Source: Mobula hypostoma (Eukaryota). From it: a DNA stretch of 64,000 nucleotides. The notes under the pieces were generated by a model, which was not told the origin of the DNA, made no database searches, and saw nothing but the letters and a program-made list of their open reading frames with translations. Shown piece after piece: positions 26,501 to 38,840 of this stretch. The stretch covers positions 12,090,001 to 12,154,000 of the forward strand of contig NC_086109.1 in NCBI RefSeq assembly GCF_963921235.1. The letters are read 5' to 3'. Position numbers and translations under genes: made by a program. Position 1 is the stretch's first letter. Every line of letters starts with the position of its first letter.

Positions 26501-27309
26501 ATCCTGCACTTATAGGTGATCTCCCTCACCGTTGTGTTCCTTACAATCACCCCCATCTGGCGTGCCGGTACAATTGAGGGCCTCTGCAATTCAGGTCTCA
26601 CCAGCGCCCCAGCTGGGAACCGGGACTCCCCCTCAAGGTCTTCCAGGGCGTCTACTAATAGGGCCTCGCCCACCGGTACTCCCGGGAATCTGGGGGTCCC
26701 CATCACTAGTGCCACCTCCCCTGGGCGTATCACCTTAGGCCTCGCCTGAGTACACCACACTGTCCCTCGTTTGAACTCAGGATCCAGCTCCTGGGGGTCA
26801 CTAACTTCTTCGAATGCTGCTCGAAACACAGGGTGGGTCTCCAGAAAGTTCTCCTCCGCCTTCTCCTTACAGGCTCCCAGGAGCCGTCACACCAGAGGGG
26901 AGTTAGTCCCCACCAGAAGGGCAGCGCCACCGGTTTCCACCGGGTCCGGACAAACCAACACCAGCGTCTCAAGGGCTTCTGACACTCCCACATCGCCCTC
27001 CGAGAATTCCAATCTCACTGACAGGTACCCATCGTACGGGTAATCACCCTCACTTATACCCCAAATCTCCAGGGCATTAAACGGGTTTACTGGCAAATAC
27101 TTCAGATATTTTTGGTAGAACGACCGGTACAATAAGGTAACCTGCGATCCGGTGTCAAGGATGGCTCTTGCAAAGATTCCCTCTATCCGTAGGGACACGC
27201 TGGAACGGGGTCCCACCAGTCCATCCGGAATAAGGGGTTGGGTTTTCAGGGGTCCCATGGCTGATTTCTGGGAATGTGTTCCTCCTGAGACTCCACTCTG
27301 TTCCCTCAC
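23590..27309 (-). pseudogene. Gypsy pol (PR-RT-RH-IN), frameshifted with stops and small deletions
   Basis: ORF track segments 26887-27309, 25660-26829, 25204-25653, 24411-24701 and 23587-24069. The integrase core IHSDQG carries a TAG stop. Confidence 0.9.
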
Positions 27310-28695
27310 TGAGTCTCTCCTAAGTTTCCCGACACCACTCCCTTCTTAGTGGCCCAGGGGTTTGCCCTCCGCCATGCGCCTTGTCTCTTACAATCCCTCC
27401 GAAAGTGACCCGCCTCCCCACAGCTGTAGCACACGCCCGGCCACTCACATTCCCGCCTGAAATGGCCCTTCTTTCCCACAGTTATAGCACCCGCTACCAG
27501 CCACCCCTCTCCTCGCGGGATGCCCCCCACTCCCAGCCCACGTTGCGGGACGTCCCCCGAAGGGGGTACTCTCCCTGCCCATCCCCTCAAGCGGAGGCGG
27601 GGTCCCTACCCCACTGGGACCCCTTGGGTTTCTCGGTTCTCAATCCAGCCACCATCTCCTGAACCGCTGAGGACCGTCCCCGGTGGCTCGAGCCCCTTTT
27701 CCAGCCCAACGCTCTCTCCTCCTCCCACACCTCTCTAATCAGCTGCCCGAATGATGGAGGGAGGCTCCTTTTATAGAACTGCCGGAGACTCCAAGCCATC
27801 TTGTCCTCCACCAGGGAACCACTAAATATCTGACTCATCTTCAACCTTGCCACCTCGTCCACCTTCACTACCCCTTGGCGCCGCAACCTGGTAAGCATTT
27901 TTTCCAGCCGAAAAATGTATTCTGAGAGCTTTTCCCCTCTACCTTGCCCCATGTGGTGAAACTCCGCTAAGAACTCCCCGGGATCTCCTGACATTCCAAA
28001 CGCTCCCTCCAAAGCTTCCAGATACACTGCCAGGGAAGCCGAGGGCTGTTCCGCTTTCAGCTCCCGGACGACACCGGCTGCCCCTCCCCTCAAACTCTCT
28101 ATCAATTGCTGTCTCTTTTCCTCATCCGAACCTGGCCACGCCTCTAACAACTGGGCCGTATTTTCGATCCATGTTTCATAGTCATCCTCCCCTTCCGGGG
28201 TAGGTGTGGCTCCTGAGAAAATTCTCAGTGTTGGGTGGGGCCCCTCAGCCCTTCTCACCATGGAGTTAATGGCGGCTGCTAACTCGGAGGTCTCACCTCT
28301 AGCTGGGGGACGGGGCCTGGCCAAGCCTTTCCACTCTGACCACCCCACACAACTGACTACAGGCACCACCCGTGGGGTTTCATCTAGCTCTTCCACCGGT
28401 GTCTCCTCAATTTCTTCCTCCAGGAGGGTGTGGAGGCCCCACGGCCCTGCCTCCCCCAGGACGCTGACTGTCACTGGCAGTTGCAATGTCATGACGTCAG
28501 CGCTTGTACGAGCCAACACCCAGCTAGATTCCACTTCTTTACCACACCTTCTACCTGCCCTATAGATTTGACCAAACTCAACCCTCGCACTAGTACTTCT
28601 CTTGAAGTGCGGAAATCCACCCCAATTAACACACATGCATGATTCACCGGTACGTCCTGTAACTCACACCAGCTTCCAATCTTATCTCGATCCAT
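27306..28695 (-). pseudogene. Gypsy gag, PNMA-like capsid with two CCHC knuckles
   Basis: LRIFSGATPTPEGEDDYETWIE...KRQQLIESLRG...YLEALEGAFG; knuckles CYSCGEAGHFRRDC and a frameshifted ..GKKGHFRREC. Confidence 0.85.
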
Positions 28696-28743
28696 CTCCG
28701 CACTACTTAATGTGGCGATTTATACAGCTTTACTGAAAATTCA

Positions 28744-28761
28744 ATCCCGGATGAGCCCCCA
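28744..28761 (-). promoter_or_regulatory. Primer binding site complementary to tRNA-Pro
   Basis: Minus strand TGGGGGCTCATCCGGGAT, 4 nt from the 5' LTR. It has one mismatch to the canonical tRNA-Pro PBS TGGGGGCTCGTCCGGGAT. Confidence 0.9.
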
Positions 28762-28765
28762 CAAA

Positions 28766-30261
28766 TGTAACGCTCAGCTATATTGGCTCATATTTATCTC
28801 AGGGAAACCCCGCCTGCCACCCAACCTTGTCTACTGATTACGTCAGTTGCTGTGTAATGCCACCTGATTTGGCTTCAAACATCAATCATCAGCCAGCACA
28901 CAATGTACGTTTTACAAATTACACTTTATAAGACTCCTTTTCATTGACTACAGCTCTGCCTTTAATACTATCGTTCCAAATAAACTGATTCCTAAGTTCC
29001 GGAACCTGGGCCTTAGCACTCAGATCTGCAGCTGGATCTTCAACTTCCTCACAGACTGGACCCAGGCTGTAAAAATAGGGGACAAGCTCTCCTCTGCAAT
29101 CACTCTGAGCATCGGTGCCCCTCAAGGCTGTGTACTCAGCCCCCTGCTGTACTCATTGTACACCCATGATTGTGTAGCCAAGTTTCCATCAAACTCAATA
29201 TATAAGTTTGCTGATGACACAACAATTGTAGGGCGTATCTCGGGTAATGATGAGTTTGAGTACAGAAAGGAAATTAAGAACCTGGTGGCATGGTGCAAAG
29301 ACAATAACCTATCCCTCAACGTCAGCAAGACAAAGGAATTGGTTGTTGACTTCAGAAGGAATAGCGGACCTCACGACCCAATTTACATTGGTGGTGCGCA
29401 AGTGGAACAGCTCAAAAGCTTTAAGTTCCTCGGGGTCAATATCACAAATGACCTGACTTGGACCAACCAAGCAGAGTTCACTGCCAAGAAGGCCCACCAG
29501 GGCCTTTACTTCCTGAGAAAACTAAAGAAATTTGGCCGGTCCCCTAAAACCCTCTCTACTTTTTATTGATGCACCATAGAAAGCATTTTTCTAGGGTGCA
29601 TCACAACCTGGTATGGAAGTTGTCCTGTCCAAGACCGAAAGAAGCTGCAGAAGATCGTGAACGCAACGCAGCACATCACACAAACCCATCTTCCGTCCTT
29701 GGACTCACTTTACACCGCACACTTGGAGCAGTGCTGCCAGGATAATCAAGGACACAACCCACCCAGCCAACACACTTTTCGTCCCTCTTCCCTCTGGGAG
29801 AAGGTTCAAGAGCTTGAAGACTTGTACGGCCAGATTTGGGAACAGCTTCTTTCCAACTGTGATAAGACTGCTGAACGGATCCTGACCCAGATCTGGGCCG
29901 TACCTTCCAAATATCCGGACCTGCCTCTCGGTTTTTTTGGAACTACCTTAATTCCCATTTTTCTATTTTCTATTTATGATTTATAATTTAATTTTTTTAA
30001 TATTTACAAATTTTAACTATTTTTAATATATTTAATATTTAATATTTGTAATCCTGGGAGTGTGAAGCGCAGAATCAAATATCGCTGTGATAATTGTATG
30101 TTCTGATACCAATTGTTTGGTGACAATAAAGTATAAAGTTTAGATCTTAGGACTATGAGATTAATAGAGGTACAATTAAAAAAGGAATAGGAAAAAGGTG
30201 CCAAATTTATCAAAGTTCAATTTCTTTGAGCACACAGTTGGAGATCGGTACTTCCCTTACA
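28766..30261 (-). repeat. 5' LTR, interrupted by Rex1 and internally deleted
   Basis: 28766-28931 and 30144-30250 match the 3' LTR. About 330 bp present in the 3' LTR is missing before the terminal CCTTACA. Confidence 0.85.
28932..30143 (+). mobile_element. Rex1/Babar LINE fragment nested in the 5' LTR
   Basis: [43 protein letters not shown], and an AATAAAGTATAAAG tail. Confidence 0.9.
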
Positions 30262-31527
30262 GAGATCCTCCGATTCTGAGTCTGTGCCCTCTAGTCCAAG
30301 ATGCTCGTACTGCAGGAAACCACCTCTCCACATCCACTGGGCTTTTCAATGCTCAATAGCTTTCCATGAGATCATCCCTCATTCTTCTAAACACCAATGA
30401 GTACAGGCACAGTGCCTTCAAATACTCCTGATAAATTAGGGAAGATTGACTTCTCCTGGAATTTAATTTCCAGTTTCATTACACGGTCCAAAGACTTACC
30501 AGTTGGTAGCTTAATTTATCACTGTAAATTGTCTCATGATTAGGCTAGGGCTAAGTCTGGGCATTGTTGGGCGGCAATGCTTGAAGGGCATAATCCACGC
30601 TATTTCTCAATCAATCAGTCAATCAATAAAACATAGTTACCTGGATTGGAGTGTATTAGCCATGGACAGAAGTTAGAAAAACTTGGATTCTTTTTGCTGG
30701 AGTGTAAGAAGCTGAGGGGATACCTGATAGAAGTTTATAAATTTATGGAAGTCAGAGATAGGGGAGATAGTCAGACCAGCTGGTGGAGAGGGATATTATC
30801 ACAATATTTTAGAGGTTTTTGTACAGGGACATGAAAAGGGAGGGACTGAAGGGATATAGACCAATGCAATACGATAGAATCATGGGAAGTGAACCAAAGA
30901 GTCTATTCTTGTGCTGGACTGTGTCCCGTGTTCTCTCTAATTCCATTGCTCTATTTCTCACCAGGAATGGCCTGGGTGTAGAGGCTGGCTGCTGGGAAGT
31001 AGACGGTCAGTAGGTTCCGGGGAGTGGATTCCTGGAGCACATAACCAGAGACAAAGAGAGTCAGCATGTGGTAGAGGGGGGAGTGACTGATCCATGAAGC
31101 AGGGATGGGTAGTGGGAAAGCCTGCTGTGGGAGAACTGAATGAAGTCTGTTTAGCTCTGGAACTGATTCCCTTTTTATGAATTTTAAGGTATTTATACCA
31201 TGAGAAACACTTGTTTCTCATTGACCTGTTAATATCAGGTTATTAATTTTGGTCTGAATTCAAACCTCTGACAGGGTGACATTTCATACAGTTCAGAGGC
31301 AGGACAAGGTGCTGAGCCTCCCACTAGAAATCGGTGTCCCATCAGGGGGTCAGACTCCGCACTCAATGAGAGCATCATGAAAGTGGTTTCCCCGTACTTG
31401 ACCAGAACTCACAGGACTCTGCACCACTGTGGAGCCTCAGGATATCCGTGCTGCCCTAACTCTGACCTGGGAAAACATGAATCAGACATTCCAGTGGAGA
31501 CATCAAGTCAATATACGAGAAACCTAC

Positions 31528-31848
31528 CATCAGAAACTTCTACATAAATGTCAAAGGCTGGATGATTGCCAGATGTTGCAATTCCGCATCTGTAATGTCC
31601 TGTATCTCGAGAGACAAGATTCTCCATAGTAACAGTAAATATTCCCTGGGATGTGTTATCTCTGATTGTCGTTCTTCCATACTGCTCACTTTGTCCATTT
31701 GTATTCACTAACGATGTGCATTGGCGATTCCACATGCGGCACGAATACTTTGTGTGTGAACGGTACATTGGTGCATAGTGACAATCGATTGTGATCGCTC
31801 TTCCCACAGCTCCTCTTACTTTATCTTCTGCCCATAAAGCACCTGAAA
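31528..31848 (-). CDS. Ig V-set domain exon, CD300/pIgR-like (V2)
   Basis: Tandem acceptors at 31848 and 31842, donor |gtaggt; phase 1-1, open. Translation ITIDCHY...KYSCRMWNRQC...DTGHYRCG. Confidence 0.9.
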
Positions 31849-33504
31849 CTGAGGGAGAAAATCTTCAGAAAATCAAATTTACACAATCAGATCCAAGATT
31901 CAAGATTGTTTAATGTCATTTCCTGTACACAAGTGTGAAGGAGAACAAAATCATTGTAACTTTGGATCTGATGGAGAACAAAAAAAAAACACACAATATA
32001 AAGAATAGACTAAAATTAAAGTTGTTTTATTTAAAGCTGTCGCTGTGCTCTAAGTAAGCTGCCACACCATTATTTGGTATAATTGAATTCCACATGGACT
32101 GAGAAGACAAGAGCATCGTCCCTCATCTCGTGCTCCCAGCTCTTCATATGTAGTGATTTTTATTTGATTGGAGTCATCATTGTCACTGCCCACTAATGTC
32201 TCAGTGTGTTTCCACATTTCTGAGTCAATAGATTACTGATCCAGTCCCATTCCAGGCAGGTGAGCACAAGATCAGTGGTGGGTAATTTACTGGAGGTGAT
32301 AGTGTGAGACAGGATCTACCTGAGTTTGAAAAGGCATGATCAAATTTGGGATTGTCAACATGATTTTATGCATGGGAAATCTTCTCTCTAAAACTGACTG
32401 AGTTTTTTGATGATGGAAGCAGTCAGATTGTGATAGTGCGGAGTTGGTTTTCTGACAACATCAGACTTTATCACCGGTGGTGTACCATTGGGATCAGTGC
32501 TGTTATTTATTAACCACTGTTACTTGTCATCGATATGAATAGTTTGTAATGATAATGTAGGTAACATGATTAATAATGTGTCGATAACACTGTAGTGCGG
32601 TGGACGGTGAAAAGAGTTGTTGAAGTTTACAAAGGTACCTGGGAAATGATCCAGTGTTCAGCCCCATTACTCTGTTCCAGCAATGACCCCCCAGTTGAGC
32701 CTGTTCCATCTGCCTGCATTTGACCCGTCTCCCTCTCTTCTCGCTACTACCATCAGGTGGGAGGTGCTGGAGTCTTGGGGCCCACGCCACCAGGTTTGAC
32801 AGCACTTGGTGATCTGCAGCTACCGGGCTCCTGGATTGGCTTCACTCATCTCAGTGTGAACGGACTCTGCAGCTGTGGACTCACTTTCAGGCACTCTGCA
32901 CCTCATGTTCCATGTAGTAATTGTTTACATGTTTTTATTATTTACACCATTCATCCTCTTCTGCACATTAGATGTTTGTCCTTCTTTGTTGTGTGTGGTT
33001 TGTTGTGGATTCTATTGTGTTACTTTGTTTTGTGGGTATCTGCAAAAAGATGAATCTCTTGATTGTTTATGGTATACAGAGTCTGGTAATAAAATTACTT
33101 TGAAGTTGAACTAGGAAAGTGGCCATTGGAACAGGTGATGGAATTGAACTCAGGCATTTTGTGAAATTAAACAAGGACACAATTTACACTGTAGGGAATG
33201 AGGTGTGCAACTACATTGGTCCCTGAAAGTGGCAACACAGGTGGACAAAGTGTTGAACAAGAAGTATGACCGGCTTGCCTTCTTGGAATGTGCATTAAGT
33301 ACAGTTGGAATGCATGTTACAACTATAAAGGACGTTGACAAGATCTCACCTTGTCTACCCTGTACAGTTCCAGAGGAAGGGTGTGATTAAATTAGAGAAG
33401 ATAAAGAAAACATTCACAAAGATACTACTGGAACTGTAGGGTCTGGGTTATCGATAGGCTGGGACAGTTTTCACTGAAGTGAACAGAGCTGATGGGTGAC
33501 CTTA

Positions 33505-36500
33505 TTTTGTTAACTTCTAATTATTTGATTTCTGATATTGTTACTACCGAGTTGATAGTGAATTTCTATTGTATGGAGGAATATCTTGTTTTTTATTTGC
33601 TTTGTATAATTAAGATAGCGGTTTGTTTCCCTGTCTTCATATTATCTGTTGTTCTTTTTACTGTGTCATCTTTTCATGTTCCTTCTCCCCATAATTCCTG
33701 TCTTTTTTTTTGAAGTTCCATTTTCAATTATTTATGTTTGTAATTGACGAATAATTTATATCAATGCTTTTTTTGCATTCATTTTAGAAATCACAATATG
33801 AAGATTATTATAGTACAGTGTTTAATTTTTCTTTTTGGATTTTGGGGTGTTTTCTTTTTAACATATAGCTTTGGAGTTGCCTTCTGGAGAAATGGGGGTA
33901 GATTTAGTATTAGTTCTTAGTTCTCCTTCTAGCCCTTTCTCACTTAGTTTCAGGACTTTATGGGTGGAGGGTGGGGTTTTTTTTGCATTTGTTATTAGGC
34001 TTTTCTGTTGAGCTGATTCAGAACTACAAAGATGTCTGCAGTGTCGCGACTTCCAGTCTCTCTGAATGTTTATTCCTCTTCTGATTTCATGAGTTTACAT
34101 TATGGTTAACTCTTTATATACTAAAGGGTTGACTTTAAATTATGGCTCAGATTTATTAATTTTGTCTCTTGGAATACAAATAGTTTAAACCATCCAATTA
34201 AATGGAAGAAGATTTTTAAAGTATTCCAAAAACTGAATGCTCATATTATTTTTGCTCAAGAAACTCATGTGATGAAAGAGGATAATCAATGTTACTTCAG
34301 GTTTTCGTATGACTAGACGTATCACTCGAACTCTCAGGCCAAAGTGCAAGGAGTTTCAATTTTCATAGATTCCTCAATTACCTTTACTCATCAAGACATT
34401 GTTTCAGACCCAGGTGGTAGATTTTTGTTAATTACTGGGTAACTTTTTAATAACAAATTTGCTATGGTCAATGTTTACGCTCCAAACATGGTTTATCGCA
34501 AATTTTAAAGCATCTATTCACTTCTTTTCCTAATTTAAATGAGTATACATTGATAATGGGTGGTGATTTTAATTGCTGTTTGAATCCCCTCATGGATAGA
34601 TCCATATCTAGGCAGCCTTTTCCGAATAAGTCAGCTACACTTATCAACTCTTTTATGATTGACTCTGGAATTTCAGAAATTTGGAGAATTTTACACCCTA
34701 AGGATAAAGAGTCTTCATTTTTCTCACATTTTTATCATTCTCATTCTCGAATTCACTACTTTTTTATTTATTCTCGTTTAATTCCTTCTGTAAATTGACT
34801 GTAATTATGACATTACTGCCATTTCTGATCATGCTCCATTGAAACTTTCTATCAAGTTAATAGATACTTCTCCCAGTATTAGACAATGGCTATTTAATTC
34901 TAATCTGCTTCAAGACCCGGATTTTGTTAAGTTTATGAAGGAACAGATTGATCTCTTCTTTTCAGCTAATATTATGGAAGAAGTCTCTAACGGGACAGTA
35001 TGGGACTCTTTTAAATCATATATCCGTGGGCAGATTATTTCTTATTCTGTTGGTTTGAAAAAATGTATTAAGAATGAAACACTTTTGTTGGTCAATAAAA
35101 TTAAAGAAATTGATAAGAAATACTCTATTGCTCCTAGTAAGGAGCTTTATAAACAGAGAGTCTAACTTCAAGTGGAACATAGCTTATTATTAACATCCTC
35201 GATTGAAAATCAATTAATGAAAACTGGAAGTGAGCTTTATACACATAGTGACACATTGGGTAAATTAGTCATAGTCATAGTCATACTTTATTGATCCTGA
35301 GAGAAATTTGGTTTCGTTACAGTTGCACCAACCAAGAACAGAGTATAAATATAGCCATAGAAAACCATAAATAATTAAATAATCATATGTAAATTATGCC
35401 AGGAAATAAGTCCAGGACCAGCCTATTGGCTCAGGGTGACTGACCCTCCAAGGGAGGAGTTGTAAAGTTTGGCCACAGGCAGGAATGACTTCCTATGACG
35501 CTCAGTGTTGCATCTCGGCGGAATGAGTCTCTGGCTGAATGTACTCCTGTGCCCAACCAGTACATTATGTAGTGGATGGAAGACATTGTCCAAGATGGCA
35601 TGCAACTTGGACGGCATCCTCTTTTCAGACACCACTGTCAGAGAGTCCAGTTCCATCCCCACAACATCACTGGCCTTACGAATGAGTTTGTTGATCCTGT
35701 TGGTGTCTGCTACCTTCAGCCTGCTGCCCCAGCAGACAACAGCAAACATAATAGCACTGGCCACCACAGACTCGTAAAACATCCTGAGCATCGTGAATTG
35801 ATTATTAGCTAATCAATTGAAAACAGCTTTGGTTAAATGTCAAATTATCAAGATTCGCAAACATGATGACACCTTGACGGTTAATCATGATGAGATAAAC
35901 AAATCTTCTCAAAAATGTTATACTTCAATATCATTCTGAATTTTTTCATGATCCCAACACTCATGACTTTTTAAAGAAATTGAATTTTCTGAAATTATCA
36001 CGCGAAGTATGTTTAACAATAGAAATTCTTATTAGGGATGAAGAAATAATAGCTATTATTTCCTGAATGAATTCTGGCAAAGCACCTGGTCCAGATGGTT
36101 TTACAGTGGAATTTTTAATGTTTTTTTCTTCTACTCTTTCTCCTTGGTTGTCTAGAGTTTTAAAGAAGCAATTAGATTAGGTAAATTACCACAATCATTT
36201 TATGGAGCTCTATTTCTTTAATTCTTAAAAAGAATAAAGATCCTACTGATTGTGCATCATACAGATCGATATCTCTCCTGAATGTAGATTCTAAATTTTT
36301 TTAAAGTATTAGCAACTAGGTTGGAGAAGGTATTACCTCAAATTATTTCTGTGGACCAAACTGGATTTATTAAAAATCATTATTCAACTTCTAATATTAG
36401 GAGTTTAATGAGTATTGTTTATACTCCTTCATTTAGTACTCCAGAATGTGTTATTTCATTAGATACTGAGAAAGCTTTTGACAGAATTGAATGGCCATAT

Positions 36501-38840
36501 TTATTTAGTGTGCGTGAGAAATTTAATTTTAGTTCAATATTTATATCTTGGATTAAAATTGATATATCATACCCCTGTAGCTTTGGTTTTTACTAACGAT
36601 CAAAGATCTTCCTTTTTCCGCTTATCTCAGAGTACTAGGCAGGGATGTCCTCTTACTCCATTATTATTTGATATTGCCCTTGAACCCTTAGCAATTGCTA
36701 TCCGAGACTCACCTAACATTTTTGCTATTACCCGTGCAAATGAAATACATAAGTTATCATTATTTACAGATGATTTGTTATTACACATTTCTAATCCTGA
36801 GAAATGCATTCCCGCTGTTTTATCCTTGTTGGCTCAGTTTAGTAATTTTTCTGGTTACAAATTGAACCTTAATAAGAGTGAACTATTTCCCCAAAATGTG
36901 CAGGTTCTCATTTATGGATGTTTACCATTTAAATTGGTTACCAACTTTTTTTTTACATATTTAGGGGTTAAAACTACAAAAAAGCACAAGGATTTATTTA
37001 AGGCCTTTTTTTTCACCTTTAGTGGATCAGATTAAACTTCTGTTTACTAAATGGTCACCAATGTCTCTATCATTGATAAGTTGGATCAATGCTATCAAGA
37101 TGATTATTTTACCTAAATTTTTATATTTATTTCAAGCAGTACAAATTTTTATTCTGAAATCCTTTTTTGATAATGTTGATTCCAAAATTTCTTCATATAT
37201 ATGGCAGAACAAAAATCTTAGGTTAGGTAAAAGATACTTACAGAAATCTAAAAAGGAGGGGGGATTGGCATTGTCGAATTTTAGATTTTATTATTGGGCA
37301 ATTAATATTCGATATTAAAAATTTTGGTTATGGGACTTAGACGTAACTTCAAGTCCATATTGGGTAAATCTTGAATGTAATTCTTTACAAGGGTTTTCAT
37401 TGGATTCTATTTTAGGGACTTAGCTTCCCTTTACTCTTTCTAAATTGTATTACCAAATGGATAACCCAATAGTAAAATACACTTTATGAATACGGTTTCA
37501 ATTTCAAAAAGTTTTTGGTTTGAATCAGTTTATTCTAGCAAGTCCTATTATATCTAATTTCTTCTTTCAACCCTCTATCATGGATCAAGCCTATTTGGCT
37601 TGGAAAACTAAAGGTATAGTATGATTTTGTGATCTATTTTTGGATAATTGTTTCATGTCCTTTGAACAATTATCTAATAAATATAATTTGCCTAGATCCC
37701 ATTTTTTTTAGATATTTACAGATTAGAAAATTTTTAAATACTGCTCTTCCTACCTTCCCAAATTTATATTCAATGGATATTTTGGAAAAAAAAATTAGAT
37801 TTAAATCCTTTTCAGAAAGGTGTAAAAGCAACTATTTATGAGATGATAATGAAAATACTTCCAGACGTACCTAATAAAGTTAAGACTGATTGTGAAAGGG
37901 AACTTATGATTACTTTACCGATTTAAAAATTGGAAAAAATTTCTTCAATTTGTTAGCTCATCCTCTATATGTGCTAAATATGCATTGATACAGTTTAAAG
38001 TAGTGCATAGGGCTCATATGTCTAAGGATAAATTAGCTCATTATTACTCTCATATAAATCCTGTATGTGATACATGTCACTCTGAGATAGCTTCTTTAAC
38101 TCATATGTTTTGGTCATGTCCTTTTTTGAAAAAATAATATTTTGATATTATTTCAACTGTTCTGAATATTGATTTACAACCTTACCCTATTACTGCAATC
38201 TTTGGGTTACCAATGATAGAATCAATTCATTTAACCTCTTCAGCTCGTCGAATGATTGCATTTCTTACATTAATGGCTAGAAGATCCATTTTGCTGAATT
38301 GGAAAGAGATCAATCCTCCCACACATTTCATTGGTTCTCTCAAACTATGCTGTGTCGAAACTTAGAAAAAATTACAAGTGTTATTCGTGATCCCTCTATT
38401 AAATTCGAAAAGACTTGGAGGCCATTTATTCAATACTTTCGTATGATGTAATTTGACCTTTTCCAAACCTATTCTATTTCTTTTTAATATATGTCGAAAG
38501 GAGCGGAGTCAACAACACTAATGATTCTTTTTTTTTGATGTTACATAACAGCCCATGTCTTTCTTTTCTTTTTTTTTAGTTTAGTTGATTAGTATTGTTT
38601 TGGTTAGTTTTTCTTTTGGAGTATATATATTTTCTTTCTTTTTTCATGTTATATTTTAAAAAATTCTTTTGTATATTATATATGTATCTCCTATGATTGG
38701 GGGATTTAATACCCATGTGTCAACTGGGTTTATATTTAAATATGTTAATTACAACAATATAATCCCAATAATTTTGTATCAATACTATGTTACGTTTATA
38801 ATTTTGAAATGGATAAAAAGATTGGAAAGGAAACAAAGAA
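33505..38840 (+). mobile_element. L1-clade LINE (ORF2 plus upstream spacer), heavily decayed
   Basis: FVSWN (~34150), FAQETH, GKAPGPDG, STRQGCPLTP, SLFTDDLLL and a GAAAG-rich tail at ~38820. It splits a CR1 fragment that resumes at 38841. Confidence 0.9.
35268..35795 (-). mobile_element. Rex1 3' fragment nested in the L1
   Basis: MLRMFYESVVASAIMFAVVCWGSRL..., near-identical to 19825-20350, with a (GTCATA)n tail at 35268-35285. Confidence 0.9.

Larger units (their letters stand above)
22388..30261 (-). mobile_element. Gypsy/Ty3 LTR retrotransposon, full-span but degenerate
   Basis: TG..CA LTRs at 22388-22990 and 28766-30261, tRNA-Pro PBS, PPT, gag, PR (ILDTGSQ), RT (YLDDLIVF), RNase H (TDASREGLGAVL) and integrase remnants. 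The 4-bp TSD is GACA/GAGA. Confidence 0.95.
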
